A stretch of 32,000 nt of DNA from Sinorhizobium meliloti (GCF_017876815.1 NZ_JAGIOS010000002.1:1590001-1622000); one strand, 5' to 3'; positions 10,070-17,609 are shown, counted from the stretch's first letter. The notes: generated by a model not told the origin, from the letters alone. Program-made: numbers and translations.

Positions 10070-11317
10070 GTGTCGCCGAAACCGAAGATCGCCGTCGTGC
10101 TGAAGGGTTATCCACGCCTTTCGGAAACGTTTATCGCGCAGGAACTGCTGGGCCTCGAAAGAGCAGGGCATGAGCTCGTCCTCGTCGCCCTGCGCCGTCC
10201 GACCGACAGGAAACGCCATCCCGTCCATGACGAAATACGCGCGGCCGTCCATTACCTGCCTGAATATCTGCATGAGGAGCCCTTGCGCGTTTTCCGAGCG
10301 CTGGTGAAGACCGTCCCGAAGCCCGGCTTCCGGCGGGTGCTCGGGTCGTTCCTCCGAGACCTCGCGCGCGACGTTTCACGCAACCGCTTCCGCCGTCTTG
10401 GTCAGGCGCTGGTGCTCGTCACCGAATGGCCGGAAGACGCCGCGTGGCTGCATGCCCACTTCATTCACACGCCGGCCTCGGTAACGGACTATGCCAGCAT
10501 AATCACCGGCATACCCTGGACCTGCTCTGCCCATGCAAAGGACATCTGGACCTCTAAGGATTGGGAGCTTTCGGGCAAGCTCGACCGGGCCCGCTGGACG
10601 GTGACCTGCACCCGAAGCGGCTATGAGCACCTGCGGGACCTGTCGAAGGACCAGACCCGGGTCCATCTGAGCTATCACGGCCTCGATCTCGATCGTTTCC
10701 CGGCCTTCGAAGGCGAGCATTCCCGGCGCGACGGCGCGGATCCCGACGATCCGGTGCGCATCGTCAGCGTCGGGCGCGCCGTTCCCAAGAAGGGATATGA
10801 CGTCCTCCTGAAGGCGCTGTCGTTGTTGCCTGCGGATATCAACTGGCGCTTCGAGCATATCGGTGCGGGAGAGCTCACCGGCGGGCTCCAGGCGCTTGCC
10901 GCAAAGCTTGGCATCGAGGATCGCATCCGCTGGCACGGGGCACTCGATCAGAAGGATGTTTTGGGCCGCTACCGTGGGGCCGACATCTTCGCACTGGCGT
11001 GCCGGGTGGCGGCCGATGGTGACCGCGACGGCCTGCCGAATGTGCTCGTGGAGGCGTCGAGCCAGCGGCTTGCCTGTATATCGACCGCAGTCTCCGGCAT
11101 TCCTGAACTTCTTGAAGATGGCAAAAACGGCCTGGTGGTGCCGCCGGAAAGCCCGGAGCCTCTTGCCGCGGCACTGGAGCGGCTGATCCGCGACCCGGAG
11201 CTCCGCCGGCGGCTTGGCGCCGCGGGGGAACGGCGCGTGCGCAGCGAGTTCGACCACCACTCCAGCGTCCGTCAGCTGGTCGGGCTCTTCGAAAGCGAAT
11301 GGAGAAGAAGTCCTTGA
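10070..11317 (+). CDS. GT4-family (group 1, WcaL-like) glycosyltransferase
   Basis: GTG start. KIAVVLKGYPRLSETFIAQELLGLERAGHE is a WcaL-type N-terminus. The C-terminal GRAVPKKGYDVLLKAL...GLPNVLVEASSQRLACISTAVSGIPELLEDGKNGLVVPP carries the E-x7-E region. Confidence 0.85.
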   Translation: MSPKPKIAVVLKGYPRLSETFIAQELLGLERAGHELVLVALRRPTDRKRHPVHDEIRAAVHYLPEYLHEEPLRVFRALVKTVPKPGFRRVLGSFLRDLARDVSRNRFRRLGQALVLVTEWPEDAAWLHAHFIHTPASVTDYASIITGIPWTCSAHAKDIWTSKDWELSGKLDRARWTVTCTRSGYEHLRDLSKDQTRVHLSYHGLDLDRFPAFEGEHSRRDGADPDDPVRIVSVGRAVPKKGYDVLLKALSLLPADINWRFEHIGAGELTGGLQALAAKLGIEDRIRWHGALDQKDVLGRYRGADIFALACRVAADGDRDGLPNVLVEASSQRLACISTAVSGIPELLEDGKNGLVVPPESPEPLAAALERLIRDPELRRRLGAAGERRVRSEFDHHSSVRQLVGLFESEWRRSP

Positions 11318-12501
11318 GCAGGCCTCGCGTCTTTTTCTATGTGCAGCATCTTCTCGGTATCGGGCATCTGGCGCGCGCGAGCCGCATTGCCGGAGCGCTG
11401 GTCGAGCGGGATTTCGAGGTCACGATGGTGACCGGCGGCACGCCGGTGCCGGGCTTTCCGGGGGAAGGTGTGCAGACCGTCGCACTGCCGACGGTGACTG
11501 CCGGCGACAAGGGGTTTTCCGGGCTTGTCGACGGCGACGGAAACCCGGTCACGGCCGCTTTTCAGGAGCACCGACGGGATCTGCTCGTCGAGGCGTTCCG
11601 CCGCACGGAACCGGAGGTCGTCATCATCGAGGCCTTCCCCTTCGGGCGTCGGCAGATGCGGTTCGAACTGCTGCCGCTGCTCGCTGAAATTGCGGCGAGC
11701 AGCCGGCCGCCGCTCGTGACGACGTCGCTGCGCGACATTCTGCAGGAGAGGGTCAAGCCCGGGAGGGCCGAGGAGACTGTCGAACTCGTCAAGAACCATT
11801 TCGACCTCGTACTCGTTCACGGTGACCCCGGATTCGCCCGTATCGAGGAGACATTTCCCCTTGCCGACGAAGTCCGCGACAAGGTCGTCTATACGGGCCT
11901 CGTCGCCCCGCCGCCGCCAAATGAGGCGGCGGAGAAGTTCGACATCGTCGTTTCGGCGGGCGGAGGCGCGGTCGGCAGGGAGCTGATCGGCGCGGCGCTC
12001 GAGGCCGCGAAGCTTCTGCCGAATGCACTTCGCTGGTGTCTGATAACCGGCCCGAACCTGCCGCAGGCGGATTTCGACACATTCGCGGCCGCGGCTCCAG
12101 AGGGCGTCAGCCTCTTTCGTTTCCGGCGGGATTTCGGTGGCTTGCTCGGCGGTGCCCGCCTTTCCGTCTCGCAGGCCGGCTACAACACCGTGTGCGACAT
12201 TCTGCGTGCCGGATGCGCGTGCCTCCTCATCCCCTTTACCGCGGGTGGCGAGACCGAACAGAGCACGCGGGCGGCACGGCTCGAACAGCTCGATCTCGCC
12301 GGCGTGCTGCCGGAGGAGGGGATCACGCCTGAGCTTCTGGCCGCGAAGGTGAGCTTCATGCTTGCCCGGCCAAGACCGGCCATCCCGCCGCTCGACCTCG
12401 ACGGAGCCGCCGGGACGGCGAGGATCATCGGCGAGCGGCTTTCGTCGAGACAGTCCTTTCCTCACCCAGCTCCAGGTCTTAGACCGACCCGATCAGCATG
12501 A
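11299..12501 (+). CDS. GT-B fold glycosyltransferase (COG4671-like), paralog B
   Basis: VFFYVQHLLGIGHLARASRIAGAL, SAGGGAVG and SQAGYNTVCDILRAGCACLLIPF...ETEQSTRA align motif-for-motif with the protein at 8849-10063. It overlaps the GT4 gene by 19 nt. Confidence 0.75.
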   Translation: MEKKSLSRPRVFFYVQHLLGIGHLARASRIAGALVERDFEVTMVTGGTPVPGFPGEGVQTVALPTVTAGDKGFSGLVDGDGNPVTAAFQEHRRDLLVEAFRRTEPEVVIIEAFPFGRRQMRFELLPLLAEIAASSRPPLVTTSLRDILQERVKPGRAEETVELVKNHFDLVLVHGDPGFARIEETFPLADEVRDKVVYTGLVAPPPPNEAAEKFDIVVSAGGGAVGRELIGAALEAAKLLPNALRWCLITGPNLPQADFDTFAAAAPEGVSLFRFRRDFGGLLGGARLSVSQAGYNTVCDILRAGCACLLIPFTAGGETEQSTRAARLEQLDLAGVLPEEGITPELLAAKVSFMLARPRPAIPPLDLDGAAGTARIIGERLSSRQSFPHPAPGLRPTRSA

Positions 12502-13153
12502 AGCGCGTGTATCTTTTTGTCGGCAGCGCTCCCGCGAAGTCGATCCGCGCGAGACGCGCCTGCGCTTGAAATTCTTCAAGCGACCTGACGCAGCTTATGT
12601 GGGTGGGTTCGCTGAAATAATCGTTCGATTGCAGGAGGACGCGCGTGCCGGGCGAAAGCAGGTCCAGCCAGTTCCGCAGTTCGCCGATGTGTTCGCAGCT
12701 CGTGTTGATCAGCAGATCCGCATTCAGGGCGCGATAGTCGAGCGTGTGCATATCGGCCGTCATCGCATGGAATCTGTCGCCGAAGGCTGCGTTGAGCGTG
12801 CGCGCCACCGGCTCAACCGCGGGATCGATGTCACAACTCACGGCGAATTCGATGTCGAAGCGCGAATCTTCGAGCAGCATGGCCGACAGAACGCCGTACC
12901 AGCCGCCGAGCACGATGATCCGACGACAGTCTGCGCCGATGCTCTCGAAGAGCTTGTCGCGGGCCCACATCTTGCAGTCGACCTGCTTGTGGTTGAAGGC
13001 ATTGGCAATGTTGGCTTGCGGATGCTTCGCGATGACCCTGGCTATGCCGCCGACGAGCCTGCTGCCGGAATAGGCAGCCAGCCCCCGGGCAAGGTCATGG
13101 GCGTTTTCGCGCCAATCTTCGAGAAGGCGGGGAGAGTGGCTGGCATGCGTCAT
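12479..13153 (-). CDS. Class I SAM-dependent methyltransferase-like protein
   Basis: Rossmann MTase motif order: IIVLGGWYGVLS (motif I), AVSCDIDP (acidic post-I), MTADMHTLDY, DLLINTSCEHI. It reads far more protein-like than the overlapping plus-strand ORF 12362-13234. It is convergent with GT paralog B and overlaps it by 23 nt. Confidence 0.6.
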   Translation of the reverse strand: MTHASHSPRLLEDWRENAHDLARGLAAYSGSRLVGGIARVIAKHPQANIANAFNHKQVDCKMWARDKLFESIGADCRRIIVLGGWYGVLSAMLLEDSRFDIEFAVSCDIDPAVEPVARTLNAAFGDRFHAMTADMHTLDYRALNADLLINTSCEHIGELRNWLDLLSPGTRVLLQSNDYFSEPTHISCVRSLEEFQAQARLARIDFAGALPTKRYTRFMLIGSV

Positions 13154-13263
13154 GCGGCTGTTGTAAGCTCACGGTCAAGTGAGCGCAAGGCGCCGGAGGT
13201 GGGCCGCAGGAGTGGAGGCAAGAGGCCTGCGTAGATGAGGCGGTACTGCATATCAGTCGGAGG

Positions 13264-13293
13264 CTTGACATGGCGCATCGCTCTGCTCTCATG
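13264..13293 (+). promoter_or_regulatory. Candidate promoter for the ABC exporter gene (CTTGAC-N18-CTCATG)
   Basis: The -35 matches the rhizobial CTTGAC consensus exactly. The -10 matches CTATAT at 4 of 6 positions. It lies in the divergent region between the minus-strand methyltransferase and the exporter. Confidence 0.25.
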
Positions 13294-13428
13294 CCGGGTA
13301 GTCACGATTTCGTGGAGGTAGCGCAGGCCCATTGACGATCAGGCGGACCGGCACCAAGTGCGGCGCTGTAGTCCGCCGGCAGAACAGCCGTGCGATCCCG
13401 AATTTCAGATAGGTCTCTTTACCGGCAC

Positions 13429-16140
13429 ATGGAACCACGTCTTTCCCGCTACATCTGGACTCACACCCGCAAGCAGCAACTCTGGATATTGCTGGTCGTG
13501 GCGCTGTCGATGGTTCCCTATTTCCTGTCCTTCGATCTGCCGAAGCAGATCGTCAACGGACCGATTCAGGGTGCAGGTTTCGACGGCCCCGAGGCGACCC
13601 AACCGTTCCTGCCGATTTCCTTCGACCTGCCGTTCTTCGGTGAGGTCAACCTCTTCTCGGGTTTCGATCTCGGCAGGGAAGGCATGCTGCTGGCCTTGAG
13701 TCTGGTGTTCCTGCTGCTCGTGATCATCAACGGGCTCTTCAAGTTCTATATCAATACCTACAAGGGCCGGCTCGGCGAGCGGCTTCTGCGGCGAATCCGC
13801 TTCGAGCTCGTCGACCGGGTCTTGCGCTTCCCCCCCGGCTATCTCAAGCGCGTGAAGCCGGCCGAAATCTCGACCATGATCAAGGACGAGGTGGAGCCGA
13901 TGGGCGGCTTCACCGGAGACGCCTTCGTGCAGCCCGCCCTTCTCGGTGGGCAGGCGCTGACGGCGCTGATCTTCATCCTCCTCCAGAGCTTCTGGTTGGG
14001 TATCATCGCAGCCTCGATCGTCGCCGTTCAGGCGGTCATTATCCCGCGCATGCGCAGGCGACTGCTGGTGCTCGGCCGCGAGCGTCAGTTGACGGCGCGT
14101 GAGCTGTCGGGCCGCGTCAGCGAGATCGTCGACGGCATCGGCACGATCCGCGCCCACGATACCTCCAATTTCGAGCGGGCCGACATTGCCGCGCGGCTCG
14201 GCCGGATATTCAAGATCCGCTACGACCTCTATCAGTGGAAGTTTCTGGTCAAGTTCCTGAACAACTTCCTGGCCCAGGTGACGCCGTTCCTGTTCTATTC
14301 GATCGGCGGATATTTTGCGCTTCAGGGCCGGCTCGACATCGGCCAGCTTGTCGCGGTCATCGGCGCCTACAAGGATCTTCCGGGCCCCTTGAAGGAATTG
14401 ATCGATTGGGACCAGGCGCGCCAGGATGTGCAGGTCAAATATGCCCAGGTTGTCGAACAGTTCAGCGTCGAACCTCTGATCGACCCCAAGGTGCAGGCAA
14501 TCTCCGTCGACCCGGCAACGCCGCTGACGGGAGCGCTGGCTGCCGTCAACCTTTCGGTGGCCGACGACGGTGGCTCGAAAGTCGTGGAGCATGTCTCGCT
14601 GCAGATCCAGCCCGGCGAGACGGTCGCGATTACCGGCGGCACGTCCGGGGGTGGCGAGGCGCTGGCCGAGGCTTTCGGCCGGCTGACCTGGCCCGCAACC
14701 GGCCGGATCGTCATAGGCGACGCCGATATACACGATTTGCCCGAATCGGTGGTGGGCAGGCGAATATCCTACGCCTCCTCCGACGTCTTCGCCTTCCAGG
14801 GCAGCCTCGGCGACAATCTGCTCTACGGGCTCAAGCATGCTCCGTTGACCGAGGTCGTCTATGAGGGCGACAGGGAAGCCCACCGCAGGTGGGAGCTTGT
14901 GGAGGCCAAGCTCGCCGGCAATCCGCATTACGATCTGAACAGCGACTGGATCGATTATCAGGCCGCGGGCGCGACCGGGCCGGACGACCTCTTCGCGAAG
15001 ATCAGGGCCGTGCTGGACGTCGTTCTGTTGAGCAATGACGTCCTGGCTCTTGCTGTCCGCTCGACCATCCATCCGACCGAGCACGTGGCTTTCGCCGGCG
15101 AGATCGTGGCGATGCGCAGCGCGCTTCGCCAGCGGCTCGAGGCCGAGAAGCTCAGCGATCTCGTCGTCTTCTTCGAACCGGGCTCCTACAATGTCGAGGC
15201 AACGGTCGGGGAGAACCTGCTCTTCGGCACGGTCACCGACAGCAACCGCTGGGAGACGGCGCTCGAGAACCATCCTTTCTTCAAGACCGTTTTAAAGCGG
15301 GCAGGCCTGCACGAGACCTTCTACGAGATGGGGCTCGAAATCGCCGAGAACGTCGTGGAACTGTTCCGCGACTTGCCGCCCGACCACCCGTTCTTCCAGC
15401 AGCTCACCTTCATGACGGCCGAGGAAATCCCTGCCTACGAAGCGCTTCTTCAGAAGGTAAGGGGAAAGCCGCTCGAGGAGGTGTCCGAGGATGATGCCAT
15501 CAGGATCATCCGCCTTTGCTTCGGCTATATCGAGCCGCGGCATCGTTTCGGTCTCCTGACGGACGAGCTCATGCAGAAGATCGTCGAGGCGCGGCGGGAG
15601 TTCAGCGACGGCCTCCCGGCCGATCTCGTCGGCATCATCGAGCATTACCAACCGGACCGCTACATGGCCTCGGCGACAATCCTGGACAACGTGCTCTTCG
15701 GCCGCATCGGGCACAAGCACACGGATGGCTCCGAGCGGATACGTGCGATCGTGCGCGATCTGTTCGAGTCGCTCGGGCTCTATAACAAGGTGCTCGTGTT
15801 CGGGCTGGATTTCGACGTCGGCGCCGGCGGCAAGCGGTTGACGTCCGGCCAGCGCCAGAAGCTCAATCTGGCGCGTGCCCTGATCCGGGTCTCGGATTTC
15901 TACGTGTTCAACCAGCCGCTTCTGGCGCTCGACCAGCGCACGCAGGACCAGATCACCCGCAAAGCCTTCGCCTTCTTGCGGGACGGCGAGCGCAAGCCCG
16001 CCATATTGTGGGTCCTTGCCAACCAGGACCTGGCGGAACTCTTCGACCGCGTCGCGCATTTCGAAAACGGGCGGTTGGCGCGCGACGAACCGGTGGAAAC
16101 GCATGCAAGAGACAGCGACTACAAGGAACTGGCATCTTGA
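13429..16140 (+). CDS. Fused TMD-NBD ABC exporter-type protein (type I exporter fold) with degenerate, expanded NBD
   Basis: N-terminal ABC_membrane-like six-helix region (LWILLVVALSMVPYFLSF, MLLALSLVFLLLVIINGLF, LTALIFILLQSFWLGIIAASIVAV and others). NBD motifs are present but substituted: P-loop GGTSGGGEA, signature LTSGQRQKL, Walker B FYVFNQPLLALD, H-loop VLANQ. The ATG at 13429 is preferred; an in-frame GTG at 13390 is possible. Confidence 0.8.
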   Translation: MEPRLSRYIWTHTRKQQLWILLVVALSMVPYFLSFDLPKQIVNGPIQGAGFDGPEATQPFLPISFDLPFFGEVNLFSGFDLGREGMLLALSLVFLLLVIINGLFKFYINTYKGRLGERLLRRIRFELVDRVLRFPPGYLKRVKPAEISTMIKDEVEPMGGFTGDAFVQPALLGGQALTALIFILLQSFWLGIIAASIVAVQAVIIPRMRRRLLVLGRERQLTARELSGRVSEIVDGIGTIRAHDTSNFERADIAARLGRIFKIRYDLYQWKFLVKFLNNFLAQVTPFLFYSIGGYFALQGRLDIGQLVAVIGAYKDLPGPLKELIDWDQARQDVQVKYAQVVEQFSVEPLIDPKVQAISVDPATPLTGALAAVNLSVADDGGSKVVEHVSLQIQPGETVAITGGTSGGGEALAEAFGRLTWPATGRIVIGDADIHDLPESVVGRRISYASSDVFAFQGSLGDNLLYGLKHAPLTEVVYEGDREAHRRWELVEAKLAGNPHYDLNSDWIDYQAAGATGPDDLFAKIRAVLDVVLLSNDVLALAVRSTIHPTEHVAFAGEIVAMRSALRQRLEAEKLSDLVVFFEPGSYNVEATVGENLLFGTVTDSNRWETALENHPFFKTVLKRAGLHETFYEMGLEIAENVVELFRDLPPDHPFFQQLTFMTAEEIPAYEALLQKVRGKPLEEVSEDDAIRIIRLCFGYIEPRHRFGLLTDELMQKIVEARREFSDGLPADLVGIIEHYQPDRYMASATILDNVLFGRIGHKHTDGSERIRAIVRDLFESLGLYNKVLVFGLDFDVGAGGKRLTSGQRQKLNLARALIRVSDFYVFNQPLLALDQRTQDQITRKAFAFLRDGERKPAILWVLANQDLAELFDRVAHFENGRLARDEPVETHARDSDYKELAS

Positions 16141-16236
16141 TGTAATATTGTTGTCAGGAGGCAAGCATATGTTCCCGCCGGCACGGGATAGGACCTGTTT
16201 GCACCAACCGCGACGCATTCGGAGAACCGGACTGTT

Positions 16237-16701
16237 ATGCTCCTAAAAGATGAAGTGGAAATGCTGCGCCGGATAACGCTGTTTTCCGGACTTCCGCCTG
16301 CCAAGCTCAAGCTTCTGGCTTTCACCTCCGACCGGGTGATGTACAGCATGGGAGAAGATCTGTTTCATCAGGGGGATATCGGCGACGCGGCCTATGTGAT
16401 CCTTTCGGGTAATGCGGATGTGCTCGTTTCGACGCCGAACGGACAGCTGAAAGTCGCCGAAGTGGAGCAGAATTCGATCGTCGGCGAGATCGCCATCCTC
16501 TGCAACACGCCGCGTACGGCAACGGTCAAGACGACCACCCCACTCGAAGCTCTGCGGATCCGGAAGGATGATTTCCTCAAACTGTTGGCTGATTTCCCGG
16601 AGATGGCAGTCGAGATCATGCGGGTGCTGGCCGACCGCCTCAGCCAGACGACTTCCGAGTTGACGGAGGCGCGCAGCCGCGCCCAGAGGGCAGAGGCCTG
16701 A
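16237..16701 (+). CDS. Stand-alone cyclic-nucleotide-binding (CAP/PKA-type cNMP) domain protein, no output domain
   Basis: FSGLPPAKLKLLA...FHQGDIGDAAYVILSGNADVL...IVGEIAILCNTPRTATVKTTTPLEALRI is a textbook CNB beta-barrel with a phosphate-binding cassette (GE...R[TS]A). At 154 aa there is no room for an HTH or other effector domain. Confidence 0.85.
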   Translation: MLLKDEVEMLRRITLFSGLPPAKLKLLAFTSDRVMYSMGEDLFHQGDIGDAAYVILSGNADVLVSTPNGQLKVAEVEQNSIVGEIAILCNTPRTATVKTTTPLEALRIRKDDFLKLLADFPEMAVEIMRVLADRLSQTTSELTEARSRAQRAEA

Positions 16702-16735
16702 GCCTCGTTCACCCGTTTCCCCCTCCGCGACGTCC

Positions 16736-16775
16736 CCGGAAAAACCGGTTTCCACTTCGCTTGAAAATGCTCTAG
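16736..16775 (+). repeat. Short rhizobial-type intergenic element ending in GCTCTAG (copy 1)
   Basis: CCGGAAAAACCGGTTTCCACTTCGCTTGAAAATGCTCTAG lies between the cNMP-binding and FkbM genes. It shares a CCGG..AACCG..CACTT..GCTCTAG skeleton with the reverse complement of 29480-29518. Confidence 0.35.
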
Positions 16776-16784
16776 AGAAGCGCG

Positions 16785-17534
16785 ATGCGCGCGATAACCT
16801 ATTTCCAGAGAACCGTTTATTTCCCAGACAAGCCGGAAAAGGCGCGCTTCTTCAGCCGGTTGCAGTCCGGCCAGTGGGAGCCCGGTACTTTTCGCAACAT
16901 CGCGCGCTTCGTCGACGGCAAAACGACCTATATCGACATTGGCGGCTGGATCGGGGTCACGCCCTACTGGGCGGCACAGGCTGCCGATAATGTCATTGTC
17001 GTCGAACCTGATCCGGTCTGTTTCGGCATTCTCACCGAAATGAAAGGCGCAAACACCGGGGAAGTGAAACTCGTCAATGCGGCCCTTTCGCAAGACGAAC
17101 GTCTCGTTCTCAATTCCGTGGGCGGCGGCTTCGGGAGTTCGGAAACGTCGGCGCTGATCGCCGACGACACCGGCATGACGATCGAGGCCAAGACGATCAC
17201 AATTCCCGAGCTTCAGGCGATGGCGAGGACCGAACGTCTCTGCCTCAAGATCGATATCGAAGGCTACGAATACAAGGTTCTCGACCAGTTTCGGGCGATC
17301 GACCGGAAGAGGACCGCCGGCGTGCTGCTCGCGGTGCACCCGCAGATCCTGGCCGCTTCGCTCTCCGGGCCTGCCGTTCTGCGCGTAATCAGGACTGCGT
17401 CGGCAACCTTCCGCCTGATACGAAGCCTGCGTGGCTTTCGATTGGAGAACCCGTCGGCGCTCTGGGGAGCGATCCGCAAATCGGTTTCCAAAGGCGAGAT
17501 CAGGGGCTTCGACCTGCTCTTCGTTGCGCGTTGA
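16785..17534 (+). CDS. FkbM-family methyltransferase
   Basis: YIDIGGWIGVTPYWAAQAADNVIVVEPDP (SAM motif I/post-I) and CLKIDIEGYEYKVL (the FkbM IDIEGxE signature). Confidence 0.8.
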   Translation: MRAITYFQRTVYFPDKPEKARFFSRLQSGQWEPGTFRNIARFVDGKTTYIDIGGWIGVTPYWAAQAADNVIVVEPDPVCFGILTEMKGANTGEVKLVNAALSQDERLVLNSVGGGFGSSETSALIADDTGMTIEAKTITIPELQAMARTERLCLKIDIEGYEYKVLDQFRAIDRKRTAGVLLAVHPQILAASLSGPAVLRVIRTASATFRLIRSLRGFRLENPSALWGAIRKSVSKGEIRGFDLLFVAR

Positions 17535-17609
17535 GGACAACGCCCGGGTACGCTTCATCCACAGGTGAGCGATCTCTGCGGCCAGTTATTAGGTTCGACT
17601 CAAAAAAGA

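Noticed and set aside
12362-13234. 290-aa plus-strand ORF overlapping the minus-strand methyltransferase-like gene.
   Set aside because: The minus-strand frame shows an ordered set of class I methyltransferase motifs. The plus-strand translation has none and would overlap the end of the GT gene in another frame.
13150-13332. 60-aa minus-strand ORF whose stop overlaps the methyltransferase start (ATGA).
   Set aside because: The overlap is suggestive of coupling, but the peptide has no recognisable features and no evident Shine-Dalgarno. It also occupies the region where the divergent promoters should lie. I cannot support it from sequence alone.
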